DNA of 64,000 nt from an uncultured Candidatus Rokubacteria bacterium. Its GTDB lineage: Bacteria > Methylomirabilota > Methylomirabilia > Rokubacteriales > CSP1-6. Position numbers and translations under genes: made by a program. The stretch is from NCBI GenBank assembly GCA_963758635.1, contig CAVWWD010000008.1:800001-864000 (forward strand). The letters run 5' to 3'. The notes below the pieces were generated by a model that worked only from the letters and a program-made list of their open reading frames with translations, made no database searches and was not told the DNA's origin. Shown here piece by piece: positions 29,708 to 40,395 of this stretch (position 1 is the stretch's first letter; each line of letters begins with the position of its first letter).

Positions 29708-32067
29708 GGGGCCGCTCGCCCGCGGACCGCGCCGCGGCCCGCGCTCGCGCACCAGCCCCACACACGGGCGGACGTGAGCGGGAGCTCGTCGGGCTCCGCC
29801 CCGAGCGGCGCCAGCGCATCGGCCACGGCGTTGGCGAGGACCGCGGCCGGCCCGAGCGTGCCGCCCTCGCCGACGCCACGCACCCCGGCCAGGTTCGCGG
29901 CCGCCTCCTCGACGTGCTCGACCTCGAACGACGGAAGCGAGGCCGCCGTGGGCAGCGCGTAGTCCATCAGGGTGCCGGTGAGGAGCTGTCCCGCCTCGTC
30001 GTAGACGAGGTGCTCGGCGAGAGCGCCGCCGATCCCCTGGGCGATCGCCCCGTGCACCTGGCCGTCCACGATGAGCGGGTTGATCACGCGGCCCGTGTCC
30101 TCCACGCAGACCCAGCGCCGGATGGCGATCGTCCCCGTCTCGGCGTCCACCTCGACGATGGCCGCCTGCGCGCCGGCGGCGAACGTGCCGCGGATGGGAT
30201 CGTAGAAGCGGGTCACGTCCAGCCCGGGCTCGGTGTCCGGCGGCAGCCGGTGGGTCTCCAGATGCGCGATGCGCGCCACCTCGGCCAGCGTCACGGCGCG
30301 GTCGGGAGCGCCGCGGACGCTCACCCGGCCGCCGGCCACCTCGAGGTCGTCCGCCGCCGCCTCGAGCACGTGCGCGGCGATGTGCACGATCTTGTCACGG
30401 AGGGCGCGGCTGGCACGGAGCGTCGCGCCGCCGCCGATCACCGCCTGGCGCGACGCGAACGCCCCGAGGCCGAACGGGGTGGCGTCGGTGTCGCCAAGCA
30501 CCACGCGGACGGCGGAGACGGGGACGCCGAGCTCGCCGGCGACGAGCTGGGCCATGGTCGTTTCCAGGCCCTGGCCTTGAGAGGTCACGCCGGCGAGGAG
30601 CGTGACCGCGCCGGACGGGTCCATCCGGACGGTGGCGCCCTCGTGGCCGGTGCGAAACGGCATCCGTGGTCCCGCGGAGGCGGCCTGGCCGAGGCCGGTC
30701 AGCTCGTTGTAGACGGCGAAGCCGATGCCCACGTGCCGCCCCTCGGCGCGCAGGCGCGCCTGCTCCGCCACGAAGCTCGCGTGGTCGATGGCGGCCACCG
30801 CCCGCTCGAAGCACACGGGATACGTCGAGCTGTCGTGGACGAGGCGGGTCGCGGAGGTGTACGGGAGGTCGGCGGGGCCGATCAGGTTGGCGCGGCGGAC
30901 GGCGACCGCGTCGAGACCGAGCGCCCGCGCGCCGAGGTCGAGCACGCGCTCCATCACGAACGTGGTGGCCGGCCGCGCCACGCCGCGGTACGGGCCCGCC
31001 GGCGTGGTGTGCGTGGCCACCGCGGTGACCTCGCACCGGTAGTGCTCGAGCCGGTACGGGCCGGTCAGGAGGCCGCCCGCCATGAGCGCCTCGATGCCGG
31101 CGGTCCACGGCGTCACGCCGTAGGCGCCGGCGTTGCAGGCCACGCGCGCGTCCAGGCCCACGAGCCGCCCCTCGGTGTCGAAGCCGGCCCGGACCTGGTA
31201 GACGTGGTCGCGGGCGTGCGCGGACGCGAGCATGCCCTCGCTGCGTCCCTCCACCCACTTCACGGGCCGCTCGAGCGAGATCGCAAGCACGCAGAGCGCC
31301 ACGTCCTCCGGGTAGAGGATGGTCTTCACCCCGAAGCCGCCGCCCACGTCCGGCGCCACGACGCGCACCTGGTTCTCGGCGAGGCCCAGGATGCCGGCGA
31401 GGAGGTGCCGCGCGAGGTGCGGCACCTGGGTGCCCGACCACAGCGTGAGCTTCCCGTTGGCCGCGCTCCAGTCGGCCACGCCGCCCCGACCCTCGAGCGG
31501 AGCCGCGCACTGGCGGTTGGTGCGGAACGTGCGCTCCACGACGACGGCCGCGCGGGACAGCGCGGCGTCCACGTCGCCGGCCTGGAAGCGGCGCGAGAGG
31601 AGCACGTTGCCGGGCGCGGCCTCGTGCACGGTGGCAGCGCCGGGGAGCGTCGCGGCCAGCACGTCCACCGATGCGGACAGCGGTGTCTCGTCGACGACGA
31701 CCAGGGCCGCGGCGTCCTCGACGCGATAGCGGTCGGCGCCCACCACGGCGGCGATCGCCTCGCCGGCGTGGCGCGCCACGGGCCACGCGAGGACGGGCTG
31801 GTCCGTCTCCACGTAGCCGGGGAGCGCCGAGCGTGCGCGGATGCGGAGAGCGGCGAAGAGCGGGTCTCCGCCGGTGACCACGGCGCGGATGCCGGGCTGG
31901 GCGGCCGCGGCGGCGACCTCGATGCCGCGCAGCCGGGCGTGCGCGTGGGCGCTCCGCACGAAGGCGACGTGGAGCAGGCGCGGCAGCTCTACGTCGCTGA
32001 CGTAGCGACCACGGCCGGTGAAGAGGCGGGGGTCCTCGGTCCGCCGGATCGCCGCGCCGAAGGCCAC
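29704..32067 (-). CDS. Xanthine dehydrogenase/CoxL-like molybdopterin-binding large subunit
   Basis: RTEDPRL.TG, DVGGGFG, PYRGVAR, SQGQG.ET, GQVHGAIAQG, GVGEGG. Confidence 0.93.
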   Translation of the reverse strand: MAFGAAIRRTEDPRLFTGRGRYVSDVELPRLLHVAFVRSAHAHARLRGIEVAAAAAQPGIRAVVTGGDPLFAALRIRARSALPGYVETDQPVLAWPVARHAGEAIAAVVGADRYRVEDAAALVVVDETPLSASVDVLAATLPGAATVHEAAPGNVLLSRRFQAGDVDAALSRAAVVVERTFRTNRQCAAPLEGRGGVADWSAANGKLTLWSGTQVPHLARHLLAGILGLAENQVRVVAPDVGGGFGVKTILYPEDVALCVLAISLERPVKWVEGRSEGMLASAHARDHVYQVRAGFDTEGRLVGLDARVACNAGAYGVTPWTAGIEALMAGGLLTGPYRLEHYRCEVTAVATHTTPAGPYRGVARPATTFVMERVLDLGARALGLDAVAVRRANLIGPADLPYTSATRLVHDSSTYPVCFERAVAAIDHASFVAEQARLRAEGRHVGIGFAVYNELTGLGQAASAGPRMPFRTGHEGATVRMDPSGAVTLLAGVTSQGQGLETTMAQLVAGELGVPVSAVRVVLGDTDATPFGLGAFASRQAVIGGGATLRASRALRDKIVHIAAHVLEAAADDLEVAGGRVSVRGAPDRAVTLAEVARIAHLETHRLPPDTEPGLDVTRFYDPIRGTFAAGAQAAIVEVDAETGTIAIRRWVCVEDTGRVINPLIVDGQVHGAIAQGIGGALAEHLVYDEAGQLLTGTLMDYALPTAASLPSFEVEHVEEAAANLAGVRGVGEGGTLGPAAVLANAVADALAPLGAEPDELPLTSARVWGWCASAGRGAVRGRAAP

Positions 32068-32104
32068 GAAGAGAGCTAGCGGGCGCGCCCGTCGCGGCGG
32101 CCGA

Positions 32105-33967
32105 TCACGAGGCGGCGGCGTCCAGGTGGCGCGCGAGGAGCGCGCGCGTCATGCCCTCGACGGTGGGCGTGTCGAGCGCGGCGGCCACGTTGACCTCCAC
32201 GCCGAGATCGTCGCCGAGTCGCCACGCGAGCTCGGTGGCGAGGAGCGAGTTCCCGCCGAGCTCGAGGAAGTCGTCGTGCACGCCGACCCGGTCGATCCCG
32301 AGCACGGCGGCCCACGCCCGGGCCACCCGCTCCTCGAAGGGGTCGCGCGGGGCCACGAACGGCGTGTCGAGGACGGGTCGCACCGGCGGCGGCGCGGGCA
32401 GGGCGAGGCGATCGACCTTGTCGTTGGCCAGGTGCGGGAGCGCCTCCATCCGCACGATGGTCGCGGGCAGCATCTCGCTCGCCATGGTGGCGGCCAGCGC
32501 GCGCCGGATGGTCCCGTCGCCCGGGCCCGGCGGCTCCTGCGGCACGACGTAGGCCACCAGGGTAGACTCCCCGGCGGGATCCGTCCGCGCGATCACCGCG
32601 GCCTCCCGGATGGACGGCAGCTCGAGCAGCGCGTTCTCCACCTCGACCGGCGCGATCAGCTTGCCGCGGATCTTCACCTGGAAGTCCTTCCGGCCCAGGT
32701 GGACCAGACAGCCGTCGGCGCCCATCCGGCCGAGGTCGCCGGTCAGGTAGAGGCACTCGCCGGCGGCGCCCGGCACGTCGAGGAAGCGCGCCGCGGTGAG
32801 GGCGGGCTGCCGCCAGTAGCCGCGGGCCATGTAGCGGCTCCGCACCGCGATCTCGCCGACCTCGCCGTCGGGCACGGGCCGCCGCTCGTCGTCGAGGACG
32901 ACGACCTCCTTGTCCGGCGCGGGGTAGCCGACGGGCACTGCGTGGGTGGCGAGCCGCGTCTGCTTGTCGATGAAGCAATGGCGGATGACGTGCGCCTCGG
33001 CGCTCCCGAGCCCGTTGCGCAGGATGCAGCCGGACGCTAGGCGGCTCTGGTAGAGCTCGGCGTCGCTGCGGAGCATCTGGTCTCCGCCGAGCCGGACGAG
33101 GCGCAGCGCGGGGGCGAACTCGCCCTCGGGCAGATCGGCTCGCCCACGTCCGGAAGATGGCGGGAATCGAGCAGTAGCAGGTGATGCCTTCGTCGAGGAT
33201 CCAGCCGGGCAGCGCGGCGATGCCGTGAGACCCCACCGAGTACGGCAGGACCGCGGCGCCGTTCAGGAGCGCGGTGAAGACGTCGCTGGCCGCGGGGTTG
33301 GTCGTGACGGCGTTCAGGAGCGAGACCCGATCGTGGCACGAGTAGTAGGCGCTGTTCGTGTACGTCATCGTGTAGTGCAGCACCTCGCGGTGGTCGATCA
33401 TGACGCCCTTGGCCCCGCCCGTGGAGCCCGAGGTGAAGATGACGTAGGCGAGGGCGTCCGGCGGGATGGCGAGGCCGGGATCGCCGGCGCGCGCGGCCGC
33501 GCTCTCCGCCTCGGCATCGAGGACGGCGACGCCGTCGCCCGCGGCGGCGCGCGCCTGGGCCAGGCCGGCGCGGTCGGTGAGCAGCACACGCGCGTCCAGG
33601 TCGGCGATGAGATCGCGGAGCCGGGCGGCGGGCTGGCCGGGATCGAGCGGCGCGTAGAGCTTGCCCGCCTTCAGCACGCCCAGGAGCGACACGACGAAGG
33701 GGATGCCGAGCTCGAACAGCAGCGCCACGGGCGCGGCGCCGCGCCGAAGCGGTCGAGGAGCGCGTGCGCCACCTGGTTGGCGGCGGCGTCCAGCTCGGCG
33801 TAGCTCAGCGCGCGGCCGCCCGCCTTGACGGCGAGGCGGCCGGGATGCGCCCGCGCCATCTTCGCGAAGCGCGCGGGGATCGACTGCTCGACCTCGGCCG
33901 AGGCGAACGGCACGAAGCCCCGCGGAGCGGGGCCGGCGTCAGGTCGCGGGCCTTCGCGTGCGCTCAT
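32105..33967 (-). CDS. Stand-alone adenylation + peptidyl-carrier didomain protein (frameshifts near 33730 and 33130)
   Basis: LSYAELD, YVIFTSGSTGGAKG, LYLTGDLG, GRKDFQVKIRG, PCP motif DDFLELGGNSL. Confidence 0.88.
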
Positions 33968-34071
33968 GACGCGGCGATGATGAGCCGGCGCGGAGCGCGG
34001 CGTCAAGTAACCTGCAACTCGCCGACGCTCGAAGCGCCCCGGCGCCAGCCGGCCGGGGCGCTTCGGACGGC

Positions 34072-34556
34072 TTACTTCATGTTGTCGATCCCGGCCTGGG
34101 CGATCTGGGCGTCTTGCTGGGACGTGACGCCGGAGACGCCCACCGCGCCGATGATCTTGCCGTCGGCCACGATCGGGATGCCGCCCTCGAGCACGCTGTA
34201 GCGGATCGTGAGGAGGCGCAGGTTGGCGCCGCCCTGCCGACAGCGTCCTGGAACACCTTCGTGGGCCGGCGCAGCGCGACGGCCGAGCGCGCCTTCTCCT
34301 TGGCGATATCGACGCTACCCCACTGGGCGTTGTCGAGGCGCTGGAGCATGACGAGCTGCCCGCCGGAGTCCAGGATGGCGATCACCACGGGCCAGTTGTT
34401 CTTCTTGGCCTCGGCCTCGGCGCCCGCCATGATCTTCTTCGCCTGCTCCAGGCCGATCGGGACTCCGTACGGCGGCGGCGCCTGCGCGCTGGCCGTGGCG
34501 GCGACGCAGAGCATCAGCGCGGCGAGGACGACGGTGAGCGGTCGGGTCATCTGCAT
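34072..34556 (-). CDS. GlcG/HbpS-family heme-binding protein with signal peptide (frameshift near 34235)
   Basis: VIAILDSGG..QRLDNA, KARSA, EGGIPI..DGKIIGAVGVSG..SQQDAQIA. Confidence 0.88.
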
Positions 34557-34584
34557 TGGCGTCTCCTTCTCGGGGGTGGAGGGT

Positions 34585-35364
34585 TCAGGACAGCATCCAG
34601 TGCCCGCCGTCCACGCTGATGGTCTGGCCGGTGATCCACGCCGCGTCGTCGGACGCGAAGAAGCGGACGGCGCGGGCGATGTCCTCCGGGGTGCCGAGGC
34701 GGCGCAGCGCGATGGACTCGACGAGGGCGCGCTGGCCGGCCTCGCCCATGGCGTGCCACTGGGCCTCGGAGGCGGGGTTCGAGCGGATGAACCCCGGGGC
34801 GATGCAGTTGACGCGGATGCCGTGCTGCCCCAGCTCGCGCGCGGTCTGGCGCGTGAAGCCGATCAGCCCGGCCTTGGCGCTGGCGTAGGCCTGGATGCCG
34901 GTCAGGCTGTAGGAGCGCCCGGCGCCCGACGAGATGTTCACGATCGCGCCGCCGCCCTGCCGCTTCATGGCCGGCGTGACCGCGCGCGTGAAGTGGAAGG
35001 CGCCGTCGAGGTTGATGGCGAAGATCACCCGCCAGTCCGCGTCCGAGACCTCCTCGACCGGGCGCATGGTCTGGCCGGCCACGCCGCCCGCGGTGTTGAC
35101 CAGCACGTCGATCCGCCCCGCCGACTCGAGCACGCCGGCGACGAACGCGGCCACCGCCGCCGCGTCACGCACGTCGACCACGCCGGCGCGGCACGACCCC
35201 GCGGCGACGGCGTCCACGGCGGCGCGCGTGGCGTCCAGCTCGGCGGCGCGCACGTCGCACGCCCACACGCCCGCGCCCTCGCGCGCGAGCTCGGCGGCGA
35301 TGCCCCGGCCGATGCCGTGGGCGGCGCCGGTCACGATGGCCACGCGCCCGGACAGCGAGGCCAT
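34585..35364 (-). CDS. Short-chain dehydrogenase/reductase
   Basis: TGAAHGIG, IVNISS, YASAK, NCIAPG, ITGQTISVDGG. Confidence 0.93.
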   Translation of the reverse strand: MASLSGRVAIVTGAAHGIGRGIAAELAREGAGVWACDVRAAELDATRAAVDAVAAGSCRAGVVDVRDAAAVAAFVAGVLESAGRIDVLVNTAGGVAGQTMRPVEEVSDADWRVIFAINLDGAFHFTRAVTPAMKRQGGGAIVNISSGAGRSYSLTGIQAYASAKAGLIGFTRQTARELGQHGIRVNCIAPGFIRSNPASEAQWHAMGEAGQRALVESIALRRLGTPEDIARAVRFFASDDAAWITGQTISVDGGHWMLS

Positions 35365-35366
35365 CG

Positions 35367-36260
35367 CTACACCTGCCCGCGCAGGCGGGGATCCAGCGCG
35401 TCGCGCAGCCCGTCGCCCAGGAGGTTGAAGGCGAGCACGGAGACCATGATGGCGAGCCCCGGGATGGTGGCCACGTGCGGGGCGACCAGGAGCAGGTCGC
35501 GCCCCGTCGAGACCATCAGGCCCCACGACGGCGTGGGGGGCTGCACGCCGAGGCCCAGGAAGGACAGCGCGGCCTCCACGAGGATCGCGTTGGCCATGAA
35601 CAGGGTCGAGTACACGATCACCGTGGGCAGGATGTTGCGCAGCACGTGACGCATCAGCACCTCCCGCGTGGACGCGCCCAGGGCCCGGGCGGCGTGGACG
35701 TACTCGGTCTCGCGCGCGCCGAGCACGGCGCCGCGCACGATGCGGATGACGGCCGGCGTGCCCCAGATGCCGACGGCGATGGTGGTGTTCAGCACGCCCG
35801 TCCCCAGCGCGGAGACCACGGCGATGGCGAGCAGGAGGTAGGGGAACGCCAGGAGCACCTCCGTGGCTCGCATCACGATGGCGTCCACCCAGCCGCCCGC
35901 AAAGCCGGCGAGACAGCCGAGGGTGAGCCCCAGCAGCAGCGCGATGGCCACCGAGAGCAGGCCCACCACCAGCGCCACGCGGGTGCCGTAGATCACGCGG
36001 GAGAGGATGTCGCGGCCGAACTCGTCGGCGCCGAGGAGGAACTTGCCCCCGGGCCGCGTTCGCTTCTCGATGAGGCTCTGCTTCGCGGGGTCGGCGGGAG
36101 CCAGCCACGGGGCACCCGCCGCGGCGATCAGGAGCAGGCCGGCGATGACGAGGCCGACGAGGGCGAGGCGGTTGCCGCGGAAGCGCCGCCACGCGTCCGT
36201 CGCAAGAGTGGCGGAGGTCCCGGTCGCCGGCGCCGGGCGTGCCGCCGCGATCGCCATCAT
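35367..36260 (-). CDS. Peptide ABC permease, DppC-like
   Basis: LLGADEFGRDILSR, EYVHAARALGA, LSFLGLG..PP.PSWG. Confidence 0.92.
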   Translation of the reverse strand: MMAIAAARPAPATGTSATLATDAWRRFRGNRLALVGLVIAGLLLIAAAGAPWLAPADPAKQSLIEKRTRPGGKFLLGADEFGRDILSRVIYGTRVALVVGLLSVAIALLLGLTLGCLAGFAGGWVDAIVMRATEVLLAFPYLLLAIAVVSALGTGVLNTTIAVGIWGTPAVIRIVRGAVLGARETEYVHAARALGASTREVLMRHVLRNILPTVIVYSTLFMANAILVEAALSFLGLGVQPPTPSWGLMVSTGRDLLLVAPHVATIPGLAIMVSVLAFNLLGDGLRDALDPRLRGQV

Positions 36261-37180
36261 CCCTGCCGCGACACGCGAGGGTCCAGCGCCCCGTAGGCGA
36301 GGTCCACCGCGAGGTTGATCAGGACGAAGGCGAGGGCGAAGACGAGCACCGCGCCCTGCAGCAGGACGTAGTCGCGCGCGAAGATGGCCTTGACCATGAG
36401 GCGGCCCAGGCCCGGCCACGCGAACACCGTCTCCGTGAGCACGGCCCCGCCCATGAGCTGACCCGCCTGGAGCCCGAGCAGCGTCAGGATCGGGATCGCG
36501 GCGTTCCGGAGCGCGTGCTTGGCCACCACCAGCCGCTCGGCCACGCCCTTGGCGCGCGCCGTCCGCACGTAGTCCTCGCGCAGCACCTCGAGGACGCTCG
36601 AGCGCGTCATGCGCGCGAGCATGGCCACGGACGGGAGCGCGAGCGTCACGGCGGGCAGGACCAGGTGCGCGGGCGTGCCCACGCCGCCCACGGGCAGCCA
36701 GGGGAGCCACAGCGCGAAGACCACGATCAGCACGAGCCCCGTCCAGAACACGGGCATGGACAGGCCGAACAGCGAGGCGAGCCGGGCGATCCCGTCGAAG
36801 AACGAGTTCGGCCACACCGCCGACACCACCCCCGCGGTCACGCCGCCCAGGGCGGCGATCGCGAGCGCGGCGATGGTGAGCTGGAGCGTGGCCGGCCACG
36901 CATCGGCCAGCTCGTCGACCACGGGACGGTTCTGCTGGATCGAGCGCCCGAGGTCGCCCTTGACGAGGCGGCCCACGTACTCCACGTAGCGGATGGGCAG
37001 GGGCTTGTCGAGGCCCAGGTGGTCCCGCAGGCGGGCCACGGCGTCCTTGGTGGCGTGCTCGCCGAGCATGAGGGCCACGGCGTCGCCCGGGATCAGCTCC
37101 ACGGTGAGCATCACCACGAAGACGACGCCGAGCAGCACGGGCACGGCGAGCAGCAGCCGGCGCAGGACGAAGGTCAGCAT
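36257..37180 (-). CDS. Peptide ABC permease, DppB-like
   Basis: GDLGRS, DYVRTARAKG, ETVFAWPGLG. Confidence 0.93.
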   Translation of the reverse strand: MLTFVLRRLLLAVPVLLGVVFVVMLTVELIPGDAVALMLGEHATKDAVARLRDHLGLDKPLPIRYVEYVGRLVKGDLGRSIQQNRPVVDELADAWPATLQLTIAALAIAALGGVTAGVVSAVWPNSFFDGIARLASLFGLSMPVFWTGLVLIVVFALWLPWLPVGGVGTPAHLVLPAVTLALPSVAMLARMTRSSVLEVLREDYVRTARAKGVAERLVVAKHALRNAAIPILTLLGLQAGQLMGGAVLTETVFAWPGLGRLMVKAIFARDYVLLQGAVLVFALAFVLINLAVDLAYGALDPRVSRQG

Positions 37181-37273
37181 CGATGCGCGGCGCCGGCGCG
37201 CGCGGGCCGCCCGATGGCCGGCCCGCGGGTCACGGCCATCGGGCGCGCCGCCCCGGCGTGGCGCCCGGGGGCG

Positions 37274-38863
37274 CTACTTGTCCAGCCAGGTCTTCCCCAG
37301 CCAGAGGTTGTACTCGACGGGGTGGACGGCGAAGCCCTTCACGGCGGCGCGGGAGGCGATGATCTCCTTGGTGGTGTAGACGGGGATCCACACCATCTCC
37401 TTGGCGATGATGTCCTGGGCCTCGGCGTAGAGCTTCTCCCGCTCGGACTGGTTCAGGCTGCGGCGCGCCTGCTCGACCAGGGTGTCGATCTTCGGGTTCA
37501 CGTAGCGCGACGTGTTCCAGCCCGTGGGCGGCGCCTGCTTGGAGTGGAACAGCGCGTACATGGAATAGTCGGCGTCGGCGTTCGACGTCACCCAGCCGAG
37601 CGTGAAGAGGTTGTGGGCGAGGGTGGCCGCGCGCACCTGCTGGAACACCGCGGCCCACTCGAGGAACTGCACCTTGGCCTCGATGCCGACCTCCTTGAGC
37701 ATGGCCTGCACGGCCTCGGTGATCTCGCCGTCCTTCGGGTAGCGGCCGCGCGCGGCGAGCCACGACAGGGTGAGCCGCTGGCCGCCCTTCTGCATGATCC
37801 CGTCCGGGCCCGGCGCCCATCCCGCCTGGGTGAGGAGGGCCTTGGCCTTGGCGCGGTCGAACGGGTACAGGCGGTCCAGGTTCATGTCCTTGAAGCCGAA
37901 GACGCCGGGCGCGAGCACGCCGCGCGCGGGCGCGGCCGAGCCCTCCATGATGTTCTCGAGGATGGTCTTCCGGTCCACGGCGTGGAGCATGGCGCTCCGG
38001 ACGCGCACGTCGTCGAGCGGCGGCTGGCCGGCGTGCATGCCGATGAACACCACGCGGATGCCGCCCACCTCGTGCACGGTGAACTTCGAGTCCTTCCGGA
38101 GCGTGGGGAGCTGGGTGGGGGCGGGGAACAGCACCATGTCGGCGTCGCCGGTCTGGAGCGCGATCATGCGCGCCCCTTCCTCCGGCACCACCTTGAACAC
38201 CACGCGGTCGAGGAGCGCCTTGTCGCCCCAGTAGTCCGGGTTCCGCTCGATGATCACGTGGGTGTTGGTCTTCCACTCCACGAACTTGAACGGGCCGGTG
38301 CCCACCGGCGCGCGGCTGAACGCGTCGCCCATCTTCTGCACCGCGGTGGGCGACACGATGCCCACGCAGTACATGGCGAGCGTGCGCAGGATCGGCCCGT
38401 ACGGGTCCTTGGTGAGGACGTCCACGGTGAGGTCGTCGACGACCTCGGCCCCGCTCAGCGAGCCGGCGAGGCTCGCCCAGCGCGCCGGAGGCGTGCCCTT
38501 GAGCGCCCGGTCGAACGTGAACTTCACCGCGGCGGCGTTGAACGGGGTGCCGTCGTGGAACTTCACGTTGGGCCGGAGCTTGAAGCGGACCTTGGTGGGC
38601 GACATGACCTCCCACGACGTGGCGAGCGAGGGCTTCACCTGCATCTTGTCGTCGAGGGTCAGGAGCCCCTCGAGCATGTTGAAGTACACCCACGCCCCCG
38701 GCGCCGTGGTCTCGAGGTTCGGATCGAGCGACACGGGATCGGTGGGCCGGACGATGGTGAGCGTGCCCCCCCGCTTCTGGGCGAGCGCGGTGTCCACGGA
38801 GCCGAGCCCCACCGTGACGACGGCGGCCACGGCGAGCAGTGCGCGAAGGACGAAGCGGGTCAT
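37274..38863 (-). CDS. Peptide/glutathione ABC substrate-binding protein (family 5)
   Basis: SLDP, LRPNVKFHDGTPFNA, PVGTGPF, NPDYWG. Confidence 0.93.
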   Translation of the reverse strand: MTRFVLRALLAVAAVVTVGLGSVDTALAQKRGGTLTIVRPTDPVSLDPNLETTAPGAWVYFNMLEGLLTLDDKMQVKPSLATSWEVMSPTKVRFKLRPNVKFHDGTPFNAAAVKFTFDRALKGTPPARWASLAGSLSGAEVVDDLTVDVLTKDPYGPILRTLAMYCVGIVSPTAVQKMGDAFSRAPVGTGPFKFVEWKTNTHVIIERNPDYWGDKALLDRVVFKVVPEEGARMIALQTGDADMVLFPAPTQLPTLRKDSKFTVHEVGGIRVVFIGMHAGQPPLDDVRVRSAMLHAVDRKTILENIMEGSAAPARGVLAPGVFGFKDMNLDRLYPFDRAKAKALLTQAGWAPGPDGIMQKGGQRLTLSWLAARGRYPKDGEITEAVQAMLKEVGIEAKVQFLEWAAVFQQVRAATLAHNLFTLGWVTSNADADYSMYALFHSKQAPPTGWNTSRYVNPKIDTLVEQARRSLNQSEREKLYAEAQDIIAKEMVWIPVYTTKEIIASRAAVKGFAVHPVEYNLWLGKTWLDK

Positions 38864-38954
38864 GGAGTGCCTCCTGTGGCGTGGCGGGGCGCGGCGGTCA
38901 ACCGTGGTCGTCGTGCTCGGGTTGCGTAGACGGTGATGGGCATCGCGTCCCCGG

Positions 38955-39059
38955 AGTATCACAGGGCCTCCGGACCCGTCAACGGCGGCGGCGCGAGCGC
39001 GGGGTGGCGCCCTCCGCGCCAGGATTCGGTTGACAGCCACCGACCGCGGTGCCTACCAT
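38955..39059. promoter_or_regulatory. Divergent sigma70-type promoters: TTGACG-N16-GATACT (-) and TTGACA-N18-TACCAT (+)
   Basis: Hexamers read directly between two divergent ABC operons. Confidence 0.5.
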
Positions 39060-39112
39060 CCGGCGTCGATGTTCGCCTCTTGCCTCTCATCCCCGACACC
39101 CGGAGGAAGGTC

Positions 39113-40391
39113 ATGAGCACTCGACGAGATTTCCTTACCGTGACCCTCGCCGGCATGGCCGGCACCGCGCTCGGCCGTCTCGCGCGGCCGCGGCGCCCAA
39201 GTCGATGAGCGTGGTGCACGAGAGCTCGTTCATCAAGGCGTTCGACGACTTCTTCGTGCAGAAGCTCGCCCCGGAGTACGAGAAGCAGACCGGTATCAAG
39301 ATCAACTACGAGCCGGTCAGCGTGGGCAGCATGCTCACCCGGCTCACCACGATCGCCGAGACGAAGTCGGGGCCGGAGATCACGGCCACCGGCCTCAACT
39401 GGCCGCACCTCTTCGACAAGAGCCTCGTCGACGTCACCGACATCGCGACGAGAGGTGGGCAAGAAGCTCGGCGGCTGGCACGACAACATCCACGACGCCG
39501 TCGTCGTCAACAAGAAGTGGAAGGCCCTGCCGTGGGGCAACATCGGCCAGCTCGAGGTGTACCGCACGGACTGGTTCAAGGAGGCCGGCGTCAACAAGTT
39601 CCCGGACAACTGGGAGGACCTCCTCTCGGCCGGGCGCCTCCTGAAGAAGAAAGGCCATCCGTTCGGGTTCGAGCTGGGGCACGGCTTCGGCGACAACCAC
39701 GGCTGGCTCTACCCGCTGCTCTGGTCCTACGGCGGGCGCGAGGTGGACAAGGACGGCAAGACGGTGCTGATCGACTCCTCGGAGACCGCGGCTGCCGTCG
39801 ACTTCTGTCGCCGCTTCTACAAGGAGACCATGTTCGAGGACGTTCCTGGGCTGGACGGACGTGAACAACAACAAGGCGTACCTCGGCGAGCAGATCTCCT
39901 GCACCAACAACGCCATGTCCATCCTGATCGTCGCCAAGCGGGACTTCCCGGAGATCGCCAAGGTCACCGATCACGGCCTCAACCCGCAAGGGCCCGAAGG
40001 GCCGCTTCCACGTCTACAACGCTCAGTCGCACGCGCTCCTGACCGACGCCCCGGACCAGGCGGCGGCGAAGGCGTTCCTGCGCTGGCTCTACGACGACAA
40101 GCAGCTGTCCGCGTGGCTCGTGTCCGGCGACGCGTACTACGCCCCGTACCTGCACGGATACGACAACCACGCGATGTGGAACGATGGATCCGCGCTACGC
40201 GCCGTACAAGGAATGCCTCAAGACCTCACGGCTGCACGGCTGGCCGGGACCTCCGGGACAACCAGGCGTCGGAGAGCGTGGCCAAGTACGTGCTCGTGGA
40301 CATGTTCGCGAAGGCGTGCCAGGGCACATCCACGAAAGAGGTCATCGCCACCGCCGCCGCCCAGCTCAAGCAGATCTACAAGACGAGGTAG
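39113..40391 (+). CDS. Sugar ABC substrate-binding protein, Tat-type signal (multiple frameshifts)
   Basis: STRRDFL leader, YRTDWF, GHGFGD, LWSYGG, NNKAYL spread over several frames. Confidence 0.82.
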
Positions 40392-40395
40392 GCCG

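Noticed and set aside
29704..32067. Form I aerobic CO dehydrogenase (also 4055-6424)
   Set aside because: Lacks the AYxCSFR motif and coxMS/accessory genes.
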